Shown in pieces: positions 20,357 to 28,977 of a DNA stretch of 64,000 nucleotides; positions within the stretch are counted from its first letter, which is position 1, and each line of letters opens with the position of its first letter. The stretch spans positions 476-64,475 of the forward strand of contig CASFAV010000006.1 in NCBI GenBank assembly GCA_949292905.1, given 5' to 3'. The stretch comes from an uncultured Eubacteriales bacterium (GTDB lineage Bacteria > Bacillota > Clostridia > Christensenellales > DTU072). The notes beneath the pieces were generated by a model. That model was not told the DNA's origin and did not search any database. It saw only the letters and a program-made list of their open reading frames with translations. A program made the translations under genes and the position numbers.

Positions 20357-21763
20357 ATGATAACGCTTCTTATTATATGCCTGATCAGGGCGTTGCTTTT
20401 CAAGCCGAAAGCTAAAGCCGCCCGAAAACCCGAAGCAGTCGAATTCGACCGCGATAAAGCGGTGAACGATTTGAGAGAGCTTATCCGCATCAAGACGGTA
20501 AGCTATAACGACGTTGCGGACGAAGACGCCGCGGAATTCGAGAAACTGCGCCTGAAACTCAAAGAATTGTTCCCCGAAGTGCATAGAACCGCCACTCTTG
20601 AGCGTATCCCGCCGAAGGGGCTGTTATACAGATGGAAGGGGAAGAGCGAAGCGGAACCCACCGTGCTCATGGCGCACTACGACGTAGTGCCCGCGGACGA
20701 ATCGCGTTGGACGCGCCCCGCGTTCGAGGGTATCGTCGAAGGCGAAACGCTGTGGGGCAGGGGAACGCTCGATACCAAAGGCACGCTGAACGGGATATTG
20801 CAGGCGGCGGAAAAACTTATCAAAGAAGGCTTCGTGCCCGAACACGATATATATTTCGCGTTCGCGGGCGACGAGGAGACCGCCGGCGAGAGCGCTCCCA
20901 ACATAGTATCCGAACTGGAGCGCAGAGGTATCAAGCCCGCGCTCGTGGTGGACGAAGGCGGCGCGGTCGTCGAGAAGGTATTCCCCGGCGTGAAGGAGCG
21001 TTGCGCCGTGATAGGTATCGCCGAGAAGGGTATCACCAACATAAGATACACCGTCTTGAGCAACGGCGGACACGCTTCCACCCCTCCGAGACATACGCCG
21101 GTGGGCGTACTGTCGGCAGCCTGCAATAAGGTCGAGAACAATCCCTTCCCCGCGCGTCTTTCGGTACCCGCGCTCAAGATGTTCGACGCGCTCGGCAGGC
21201 ACAGCACCTTCGTTTACAGGCTGATATTTGCCAATCTGTGGCTCTTCAAGCCGTTGCTCGCGGCAATGGGCGCGAAGTCCGGCGGCGAGATGAACGCGCT
21301 CATGCGCACGACCTGCGCGTTCACCATGATGGAGGGAAGCGACGTTTACAACGTCATCCCCGCCAAAGCCACGATGACGAGCAATCTGCGGATAATAAGC
21401 GGCGAAACGATAGACTCTACCGTCGATTATCTCAGGAAAGTCATCGACGACGAAAACGTGAAGATAGAAGTTATCAACGGGTCCGAACCGTCGGTGGTTT
21501 CCTCCACGGACTGCGCGGGCTACGCCAAGCTTGCCGAAACGGTATCTGAAGTTTTCCCCGACGCCATAGTCGCGCCGTATCTGATGATCGCCTGCTCCGA
21601 TTCCCGCCATTACGGCAGAATATCCGACAAGGTGTACCGCTTCTCGGCGATGGCGATGAGCTCCGAGGAGAGGAAAATGGTGCACGGCAACGACGAGCGC
21701 ATCACCTTCCGCGGCATCTGGGAAGCGGTGGAATTCTATATAAGACTCATCAAGAAATGCTGA
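20357..21763 (+). CDS. M20-family metallopeptidase/amidohydrolase
   Basis: MAHYDVV, GRGTLDTK, DEE, DEGG, GGHAS, HGNDE. Confidence 0.9.
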   Translation: MITLLIICLIRALLFKPKAKAARKPEAVEFDRDKAVNDLRELIRIKTVSYNDVADEDAAEFEKLRLKLKELFPEVHRTATLERIPPKGLLYRWKGKSEAEPTVLMAHYDVVPADESRWTRPAFEGIVEGETLWGRGTLDTKGTLNGILQAAEKLIKEGFVPEHDIYFAFAGDEETAGESAPNIVSELERRGIKPALVVDEGGAVVEKVFPGVKERCAVIGIAEKGITNIRYTVLSNGGHASTPPRHTPVGVLSAACNKVENNPFPARLSVPALKMFDALGRHSTFVYRLIFANLWLFKPLLAAMGAKSGGEMNALMRTTCAFTMMEGSDVYNVIPAKATMTSNLRIISGETIDSTVDYLRKVIDDENVKIEVINGSEPSVVSSTDCAGYAKLAETVSEVFPDAIVAPYLMIACSDSRHYGRISDKVYRFSAMAMSSEERKMVHGNDERITFRGIWEAVEFYIRLIKKC

Positions 21764-21791
21764 TGCGGTCGGCTTAACGGAGAATAGAAAT

Positions 21792-22085
21792 ATGATAAAT
21801 TCGAGACAGAGAAGCGAGCTTCGCGCAATGGCTAACGGCGTCGAAGCGATATTTCAGATAGGTAAGGCGGGCGTTACCGAAACGCTCGCGGAGGAATTGA
21901 AGGACGCGCTCAAAGCGCGCGAGCTCGTCAAGATAACGGTGCTCAAGACCGCCGAAGGCACTATGAAGGAGATAATGGAAGAAGTATGCGATATGACGGG
22001 CGCGGACCCCGTGTCCGTATGCGGCAGGAAGCTCGTCGTTTATAAAGCTCCCGACGACAGAAGCAAAGCGAAAATCAAGGTTTAG
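21792..22085 (+). CDS. yhbY: CRM-domain RNA-binding protein
   Basis: QRSELR, QIGKAGV, ELVKITVL, GRKLVVY; 97 aa. Confidence 0.88.
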   Translation: MINSRQRSELRAMANGVEAIFQIGKAGVTETLAEELKDALKARELVKITVLKTAEGTMKEIMEEVCDMTGADPVSVCGRKLVVYKAPDDRSKAKIKV

Positions 22086-22125
22086 ACTACCGTATATCCG
22101 TTAAACGTCGCCCGTACGTGCGTTA

Positions 22126-23250
22126 TCATACGTACGAGCGGTCGTAATTGATGATGAAGAAGTACTGTTTGCCTTCGTCCGCGTAAGCGTCGGCGAAGGC
22201 TTTTTCTATCTCGTGAGGAGTCACTTTCGAGCCGAAAGGTATCACCACGTCGAAAAGGATATTCGTATGCGTGTCGCCGATGACCATTCTGAAGTCGTGC
22301 AGGCTGAGCCCCGCGTTCATCGAGGAGAGTATCTCTCTTGCGCGTTCGAGGTTCAGGCTCACTTCGGGGTTGTCGGTTTCGATGGGATCCATGTGCACGG
22401 TGAGGTTCAGACCTTCCTTGTGGAAGTCGCGTTCGATATTGTCTATCATATCGTGCGCTTTCATTATGTCGCCGCGCGCGTCCACTTCGACGTGTACCGA
22501 AACGTAGGTGGAGCTCGTCGCTCCGTAATTATGCACCATAAGATCGTGTATCCCGAGCACGCCGTCGTAGGATAGAAGCTTTTTACGCACGTTCTCGACG
22601 AATTCTTTCGTGGGCGGCTCTCCGAGCAGAGGGCTTACGGTGTCCTTGACGAGCAACAGGCTCGATACGACGATGAAAAGGCTTACGGCGAGTCCCATAT
22701 ATCCGTCGATATTGACTCCCGCCACGTCGGTGACTATCGCGGCTATCAGCACGGCGCCCGTGCTTAAACAGTCGTTCCGCGAATCGGCTGCCGCCGCGCG
22801 CAGGGAATCGGACGAGATCTTCTTCGAAAAATACAGATACATCGCCATTTGTCCGATCTTTAACGCTATAGCCACGGCAAGAACTATGTATGTGAGCGTC
22901 GTGACCGCCGTTTCTTCGGGCGTGATTATCTTTTCTATACTCGATTTTCCGAGCAGAACGCCGATGGCGAGCACGAGAATGGCGACGATGAGCGCCGATA
23001 TCTGCTCGTAACGGTGATGACCGAAAGGATGCTCCTTGTCCGCGGGACGCGCGCTTATGCGGAATCCGAATACCGTTATCACCGAGCTCATGGCGTCAGA
23101 AAGGTTGTTGACGGCGTCGGCGATTATCGTTATACTGTTGCCGATGAAGCCCACGATGAGCTTCGCTCCGCAGAGTATGGCGTTGGATATTATTCCGAGT
23201 ATACCCGCGGTCATACCGTATTTTATTCTTTTATCCGCAGTTTCCGGCAT
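22126..23250 (-). CDS. Cation diffusion facilitator transporter
   Basis: ADAVNNLSD, PADKEHPFGH, DSRND, HDLMVHNYG. Confidence 0.9.
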   Translation of the reverse strand: MPETADKRIKYGMTAGILGIISNAILCGAKLIVGFIGNSITIIADAVNNLSDAMSSVITVFGFRISARPADKEHPFGHHRYEQISALIVAILVLAIGVLLGKSSIEKIITPEETAVTTLTYIVLAVAIALKIGQMAMYLYFSKKISSDSLRAAAADSRNDCLSTGAVLIAAIVTDVAGVNIDGYMGLAVSLFIVVSSLLLVKDTVSPLLGEPPTKEFVENVRKKLLSYDGVLGIHDLMVHNYGATSSTYVSVHVEVDARGDIMKAHDMIDNIERDFHKEGLNLTVHMDPIETDNPEVSLNLERAREILSSMNAGLSLHDFRMVIGDTHTNILFDVVIPFGSKVTPHEIEKAFADAYADEGKQYFFIINYDRSYV

Positions 23251-23322
23251 GGTCTTTCTCCGTTTCTTTGATTTCCTAATATTATATTACTGTAAATAAA
23301 GTTATGCAACAGAAACGCGTTA

Positions 23323-24429
23323 TCAATAAAAATATAAAGTCGCTTCGAGCTCTGCGTTGTATAACTTACGCCGCTTTTTCGCTTTCGCGCCGAAAGCGCG
23401 CTCGAATGCGTAATACGAGGTTATGAGGGCGAGCCGCCAGTCGTCGAGCGAAAAATACACTTTCGCGAAATCGCGGTACAATACGTCGAGTTCCTTCCCG
23501 CGCATCATACGTTCGCCGTAAGGCGGATTGGTGACGATGTGCCCGTGAGCGAATCTCGAAGAAAACGCGCGCATATCTGCCGCTTGAAGGTGTATTTTGT
23601 CGCGCATACCCGCGTTTTCGGCGTGGCGAAGCGCGAGCCGCACCGCTTCGGGATTGACGTCAAAGCCGGATATGCGCGGCTTGACGTTGCTTTTGATAAG
23701 GTCGCGCGCCTCCTCTCTCACGTCCTCGTAAACTTCGGGCGCGAAGCGGAAGGCTTCGGAAGCAAAACTCCTGTTGAGTCCGGGAGCGGTGTTCGTTGCG
23801 ATGAGCGCCGCTTCCACCGGTAAAGTGCCCGATCCGCAGAAAGGATCCGCGAAGGGATATTCGGGCTTCCAGCCCGAAAGAAGTATCATCGCAGCGGCGA
23901 GCGTTTCTCTGAGAGGCGCTTCGCCCACGAAAGTGCGGTAACCGCGCTTATGCAGGGCGTTTCCCGATACGTCGAGCGCAAGCGTGACTTCGTCGTCGAC
24001 TATCACCGCGTCTACCGAGTACGTTTCGCCCGTCTCGGTAAGCCCCGAGGGATACGCCGAGGCTATCGCCTTCTTGACTACGCGCTGGATAGCGGAGAGC
24101 GCGAAAAGCTTGCTCCCGCGGGATCTCGCGTTGACGACGACTCTGCCGTTTACGGGCACGGAGTCGCGCCACTCGACTTTCTTTACCCCTTCGAAAAGCT
24201 CGTCGAAACTTTCGGCGCGGAATTTGCATATATTGATATATACTCTGTCCGCGGTGCGTAAGAAAATATTGCAACGCGCGGCGTCGCGGAAGGTGCCGCG
24301 GAAGGAAATTCTGCCGAATTCCGCTCCTCCCGGAGCGTATCCCAGGTCGAGAAGCTCTTTTTTGGTAACCGCCTCTATGCCGCTTGCCGCGGTGACGGAC
24401 AAGCCGAGGACGCCGTCGAATATGCTCAC
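23323..24429 (-). CDS. THUMP-domain SAM-dependent RNA methyltransferase (RlmL/YpsC-like)
   Basis: LRTADRV, LHKRGYR, APLRETLAA, DPFCGSGT, TNPPYGER. Confidence 0.9.
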   Translation of the reverse strand: MSIFDGVLGLSVTAASGIEAVTKKELLDLGYAPGGAEFGRISFRGTFRDAARCNIFLRTADRVYINICKFRAESFDELFEGVKKVEWRDSVPVNGRVVVNARSRGSKLFALSAIQRVVKKAIASAYPSGLTETGETYSVDAVIVDDEVTLALDVSGNALHKRGYRTFVGEAPLRETLAAAMILLSGWKPEYPFADPFCGSGTLPVEAALIATNTAPGLNRSFASEAFRFAPEVYEDVREEARDLIKSNVKPRISGFDVNPEAVRLALRHAENAGMRDKIHLQAADMRAFSSRFAHGHIVTNPPYGERMMRGKELDVLYRDFAKVYFSLDDWRLALITSYYAFERAFGAKAKKRRKLYNAELEATLYFY

Positions 24430-24590
24430 GACGGTATTATATCACAGCCGACGCCCGATGGATACCGAAACGCAAGCGATATTCCTTAAATAAACTTGAA
24501 AAACTCCGATAGCGTCGCTATACTTGTTATGAACGCGGGTTATATGGTATACTTTCAGATATTGAAGGCGTTTGAACGCACGGAGGCATT

Positions 24591-25505
24591 ATGTCATACG
24601 ATATAGCGATAATAGGAAGCGGCCCTGCGGGAATGAGTGCGGCGATATACGCCGCCCGCGGCGGGATGAAAACGCTCGTCATAGCGGGAGCGAACGCAGG
24701 CGGGCAGGTCACGCAGACCGAAGCCATCGAAAATTATGCCGGTATCCCGTCGGTGGACGGATATACGTTGTATTCGACGATGCTTGCGCAAGCCGAAAGT
24801 TTCGGCGCCGAGGTGCGGTACGAAACGGCGCTCTCCGTAGATGCCGAAGGCGACGAAAAACGGGTTGTAACGGACGGCGGCGAGTATGTCGCGCGCGCTT
24901 TGATAATAGCTACGGGAGCGAAGCACCGTAAGCTGGGGCTCGACAACGAGGAAGCTCTTACCGGTAAAGGCGTAAGCTATTGCGCTACCTGCGACGGCGG
25001 TTTTTTCCGTAACAAGGACGTAGCAGTCGTGGGCGGCGGAGATACCGCGCTTACGGAGGCGTTGTATCTTTCGCGCCTTTGCAGAAAGGTCTATATAGTT
25101 CACAGAAGGCGCGAATACCGCGCGGCAAAAATTCTCGTAGAAAGGCTGCGCGCGACGGAAAACGTCGAGGAAGTACTCGATTCCGTGGCGTACGGACTCG
25201 CGGGAAGCCCCGTCGAAGCGCTCGAAGTAGCCGACGTGCACGGAGACGGCGTGAGAAGGCTCGAAGTAAGCGGCGTGTTCGTTGCGATAGGAACGGAGCC
25301 CGACTCCGCACTCGTCGCCGACAAAGTCGACACCGAGCGCGGGTATATAGTCACCGACTCAGAGATGCGTACCTCGCTCGAAGGCGTATTCGCCGCCGGC
25401 GACGTCCGCGTGAGCCCGTTAAGGCAGGTCGTTACCGCCTGCGCTGACGGCGCGATAGCCGCGACGTACGCGACCGAGTACGTAAATCTTCATAAAAGAT
25501 CCTGA
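24591..25505 (+). CDS. trxB: Thioredoxin-disulfide reductase
   Basis: GSGPAG, CATCDG, GGGDTA, HRR, FAAGD. Confidence 0.93.
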   Translation: MSYDIAIIGSGPAGMSAAIYAARGGMKTLVIAGANAGGQVTQTEAIENYAGIPSVDGYTLYSTMLAQAESFGAEVRYETALSVDAEGDEKRVVTDGGEYVARALIIATGAKHRKLGLDNEEALTGKGVSYCATCDGGFFRNKDVAVVGGGDTALTEALYLSRLCRKVYIVHRRREYRAAKILVERLRATENVEEVLDSVAYGLAGSPVEALEVADVHGDGVRRLEVSGVFVAIGTEPDSALVADKVDTERGYIVTDSEMRTSLEGVFAAGDVRVSPLRQVVTACADGAIAATYATEYVNLHKRS

Positions 25506-25575
25506 AAATATCCGCTTTTCCTTTCCTTTTCCGCCTTTTCGTGTCGGGGCGTAGGAAAGAGAGGCAACGTAAGAG

Positions 25576-25611
25576 AAAAAGCGTTTTCCGTAAGGAAGAC
25601 GTCTTTTTTTT
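25576..25611 (+). terminator. Intrinsic terminator downstream of trxB
   Basis: GCGTTTTCC-GTAA-GGAAGACGT hairpin with G-U pairs, then a T tract; A tract on the other side. Confidence 0.6.
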
Positions 25612-25656
25612 GCGTAAAAGCGGTTATTCCGGTGATTTTTATACATTCCCGTATAT

Positions 25657-25730
25657 GCTAAAAAGGAACGATAAAAAACATCGTTCCTTCTTAGCTATGA
25701 TAAGGGGGAAAATTATGAGCTGTTTTGATG
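25657..25730 (-). ncRNA. Candidate ~70-80 nt small RNA with an anti-SD tract
   Basis: Minus-strand TGTACA-16 bp-TATAAT promoter with TG extension, then CUCAUAAUUUUCCCCCUUAU, then an AAGGAACGAU/AUCGUUCCUU hairpin with Us. Confidence 0.5.
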
Positions 25731-25868
25731 GTCTTATTATAGCATAAAAATTTCGGGTGTACATACTTTTGCTAAAATTTATTACAGTAAATTAAAAGTA
25801 AACAACGGGACAATGCCGACGCAGGTTCTAACGCAAATCGATATAGCATCAAATATTGCGGAGGTTGT

Positions 25869-27329
25869 ATGAAAAAAAGCATATTGTTCGCGTTGACGGT
25901 AGCGACGCTGTTTACTACGCTCGCGTTGCTCGCGTCGTGCGTGGGAAAAGAGGAAGAAGGCGGTAGCGGTAGCAAAGCGGCGTACGCCATAGATATAGCC
26001 GTGCGCGAAGGGCTTGACGAAGCTTATCTGACGGAGAAGGTGGTATTTACCAATTCGTCGTCCGTAGCTATCGACGAACTTGTTTTCTATCTCTATCCCA
26101 ACGCTTACCGTAAAGACTCCGCCAATTCCGCATATTTTGACGATATGTTGAAGACCAATACCGAATTCGGCGGTATAGACGTATCCGGAGTAAAGGTGAA
26201 CGGCGTCGAAGCCGCATTCGAAACGGAAGGGATCCTGCTCGAGGTGAGCCTTGCGGAAGAGCTCGGACCCGATAAGTCGTGTACCGTGGATCTCGGCGCT
26301 CGCATAGACGTGGCGGGCGGCACGCTCCGCTTCGGCAAAGACGGGAGCGTCGCGCGTCTTTCCAATTTCTATCCCGTGCTCGCGTATCTGGACGATAACG
26401 GATGGGAGCGTGCGGAGTATTCGAGGATAGGCGATCCCTTCCATACTGCGAGCGCCACTTACGAAGTGAAAATATCCGCCCCAAATAATGTAGCTATAGC
26501 TACAAGCGGACAACAAATTTCGGTGACGGAGAATAACGGGATAAGAACGGTGGAAGCTACGGCGGAGAACGCGATAGACTTCGCCGCGGTGCTGTCAGCG
26601 GAATACTCGCTCGAGGAAGCCACGAGCGGCGACGTTAAGATCAAGTATTATTCGAAGGGCGCGGGAAAGGCAGAATTTGTGGCTGAAGCAACAGATATAT
26701 TTACCGAATACTTCGGTGAATTCCCTTATCCCGAATTTTCGGTATGCGAATCGCCTTTCTATTACGGGGGCATGGAATATCCGGGGCTGGTCGTTATCAA
26801 CTCCGCGCTCTCCGACAGCGAAAAAGAAGAAGTCATCGTGCACGAGCTCGTGCACCAGTGGATAGGCTGCGCGGTTGGTTCGGACGGCGTGCACGAAGGA
26901 TGGGTGGACGAGAGTCTGACCACCTTCCTTGCGGCGTATTACTTCAAGCTTGCGGGCGACGAGAGCAGATATCTTTCGGAACTTGCGGACTGCGACAGGC
27001 AGTACGCAGCCTTCCTTATCACCGAGAAACTGTCTTCTCCGGGGTACGTACCGAGTATTGCAAGGAACGTATACGAATTCTCCACTTTGTACGAATACGA
27101 CGCGGTGGTGTACCGCAGGGGGTGCCGTATGTACGCAAGCCTTATGGAGCTCAGCGGCGAAAAGAAGTTTGCCAAAGCCGTCAAAGAGTATTACGAGCGT
27201 TATAAATACGCAGACGCGAGCGGTGAAGATCTTATCGCATGCTTCGACGACGCGCTGGGCGGGAAGGCGCGCGCGATAATGTATTCCTATCTTAATGCGG
27301 ACGTCAGGACGGGGAATATCGGAGTATAG
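25869..27329 (+). CDS. M1-family (gluzincin) metallopeptidase, lipoprotein
   Basis: Signal peptide with lipobox LASC, GGMEY, HELVH...E, VVYRRG. Confidence 0.85.
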   Translation: MKKSILFALTVATLFTTLALLASCVGKEEEGGSGSKAAYAIDIAVREGLDEAYLTEKVVFTNSSSVAIDELVFYLYPNAYRKDSANSAYFDDMLKTNTEFGGIDVSGVKVNGVEAAFETEGILLEVSLAEELGPDKSCTVDLGARIDVAGGTLRFGKDGSVARLSNFYPVLAYLDDNGWERAEYSRIGDPFHTASATYEVKISAPNNVAIATSGQQISVTENNGIRTVEATAENAIDFAAVLSAEYSLEEATSGDVKIKYYSKGAGKAEFVAEATDIFTEYFGEFPYPEFSVCESPFYYGGMEYPGLVVINSALSDSEKEEVIVHELVHQWIGCAVGSDGVHEGWVDESLTTFLAAYYFKLAGDESRYLSELADCDRQYAAFLITEKLSSPGYVPSIARNVYEFSTLYEYDAVVYRRGCRMYASLMELSGEKKFAKAVKEYYERYKYADASGEDLIACFDDALGGKARAIMYSYLNADVRTGNIGV

Positions 27330-27384
27330 GTATAATTAGTCCGCAGTCGGCAAAAATTCCTGTATCAAATCAGGAGGCGATAAT

Positions 27385-27966
27385 ATGACCAACAACAGTA
27401 AGATGTCCAACTGCGGCAGTCCCGACAAGAATTATTCCGGCGCAAACGGCTCCGGCAGATCGTCCGCGCGCGGCGCGAGGAATTCCGTGAACGGCAAAGC
27501 GGGCGCGAGAATGGAAGCCGCCGAAGAAAGCGGTCGCGGTTCTTCCGCACAGAATTGCTCGAACTCGGCACAGAACCGTTCGGGCGCGGCACAGAATTGC
27601 TCGAACTCCGCACAAAACTGCTCGAACTCGGCACAGAACCGTTCGGGCGCGGCACAGAACCGTTCGGGCGCGGCACAGAATTGCTCGAACTCGGCACAGA
27701 ACCGTTCGGGCGCGGCACAGAATTGCTCGAACTCCGCACAAAACTGCTCGAACTCGGCACAGAATTGCTCGAATTCCGCACAGAACTGTTCTAACTCGGC
27801 TACGAAAGGCGCTACTTCGAGAATGGAAGCAGCGGAAAGCGATTCTTCCTCTTCCGGGAAAGCGCTCAACCGTTACAAATGCAAGAACTGCGGCGCCATA
27901 CACGAAGGCGCAAGCGCACCGAAGAGCTGTATGAAATGCGATTCCGAGGAGTTCAGGAAGATCTGA
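27385..27966 (+). CDS. Low-complexity Asn/Ser/Ala/Gln/Cys heptad-repeat protein with C-terminal rubredoxin-like CxxC...CxxC
   Basis: Strong RBS AGGAGG; 12 heptads; tail YKCKNCGAIHEGASAPKSCMKC resembles the rubrerythrin rubredoxin domain. Confidence 0.75.
   Translation: MTNNSKMSNCGSPDKNYSGANGSGRSSARGARNSVNGKAGARMEAAEESGRGSSAQNCSNSAQNRSGAAQNCSNSAQNCSNSAQNRSGAAQNRSGAAQNCSNSAQNRSGAAQNCSNSAQNCSNSAQNCSNSAQNCSNSATKGATSRMEAAESDSSSSGKALNRYKCKNCGAIHEGASAPKSCMKCDSEEFRKI
27547..27798 (+). repeat. 12 x 21-bp in-frame tandem repeat with two unit types
   Basis: Eight units encode AQNCSNS and four encode AQNRSGA (GCACAGAACCGTTCGGGCGCG). Confidence 0.95.
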
Positions 27967-27979
27967 ACGCCGAATGGCG

Positions 27980-28038
27980 CGTAACGTCTCCGTAACGCGT
28001 TTGTAACGGTTACGGAGACGTTACGGAAATTCCGTAAC
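27980..28038. repeat. Overlapping inverted repeats built on CGTAAC/GTTACG
   Basis: CGTAACGTCTCCGTAAC-12 nt-GTTACGGAGACGTTACG (17-bp perfect arms) overlapped by GTTACGGA-AAT-TCCGTAAC. Confidence 0.85.
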
Positions 28039-28229
28039 GGCGACGCAACGGAAGCGCCGCCGTTTTTCCGCGCCCTGTGAGCTCGTCCGGCGCTTTACGC
28101 GCCGTCTTACGGGCTTTTGCGCCCGTCGTCCGTAGACAGGGACAGACGTGATCGTTCTTTTCCGCTCGAAAATAAGGCGACGCTTTACGCGCCGCCGAAT
28201 TTTTTCGGATACTTTACGTTACCGTTACG

Positions 28230-28904
28230 TTACGAACTTTTAGTAACGAGATCGGCTATTTTCCCTGCTTTTCTCGCGTTGGCTATCACTCTGTCCGTTA
28301 TAAGCGTACCCGCCATAAGCACGAAAGACCTGCTTATGTCCGCCACTTCGTATTTCAGTTTTCTTCCGAGCAGGAAACTGTAGTCGGCGGGCGCCTCGCT
28401 TATGCCTGCGTGCGCCGTTTCGGTAGGTATCTCGGGCGTTATAACCGTACCCGTAAGTACCTTACGCGAGGACTTCTCGGCAGGGGGGAGCAACGGCTTT
28501 TTTGCGGGATTTATTATCACCGCGTCGGCGGAAGATGCGACTACGTGTTTCAGTTTTACGGGTTTCCCGTCTGTGAGAAGCACGGGAGTTTTCCTGCGTG
28601 AGTTGATCTCCACGTCCTTGACGATACCGGCATATTCTCCGCTCACTCCGTAGATCGCGGTGCCGATCGTGAATGCGAGCATTCCCGCCGCGCGTTCGGG
28701 AGGCTCTCCGCACGCGTCGAGAACTGTCAATATGTCCTTATGTGCATATATCTTTTCGGGTGCGTACACGGCGATATTTTCATTCGTGAATATGTACTTC
28801 ACCCGATATGTGTCGCGGTCGATATATACCCCGCTTACGCTTCCCAGCACTTCGGCGTCGCGTAAAGACACCATTTTTTTGTTACGGATCTCGCTTAACA
28901 ACAT
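28230..28904 (-). CDS. Tandem PRC-barrel protein (YrrD-like, probably sporulation-associated)
   Basis: Two PRC-like units (KKMVSLRDAEVLGSVSGVYID; GTAIYGVSGEYAGIVKDVEI) and a C-terminal FLLGRK...AGTLITDRVI...AGK motif. Confidence 0.65.
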   Translation of the reverse strand: MLLSEIRNKKMVSLRDAEVLGSVSGVYIDRDTYRVKYIFTNENIAVYAPEKIYAHKDILTVLDACGEPPERAAGMLAFTIGTAIYGVSGEYAGIVKDVEINSRRKTPVLLTDGKPVKLKHVVASSADAVIINPAKKPLLPPAEKSSRKVLTGTVITPEIPTETAHAGISEAPADYSFLLGRKLKYEVADISRSFVLMAGTLITDRVIANARKAGKIADLVTKSS

Positions 28905-28977
28905 ATTTTCACCTCGCTGATTGTTTCCGCCCCGCGTTTTCCTTGCAAATCGGCGGTAATAATTGTATTATTAAGAT

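Noticed and set aside
27547..27798. Possible CRISPR array
   Set aside because: Units are contiguous 21-mers with no unique spacers, keep one reading frame, and no cas genes are present.
27365..27903. Alternative-frame repeat ORFs (EQFCAEF, RAILCR, SSSNSVP)
   Set aside because: By-products of the stop-free repeat. The plus-strand 27385 frame has the strong RBS and a recognisable C-terminal domain.
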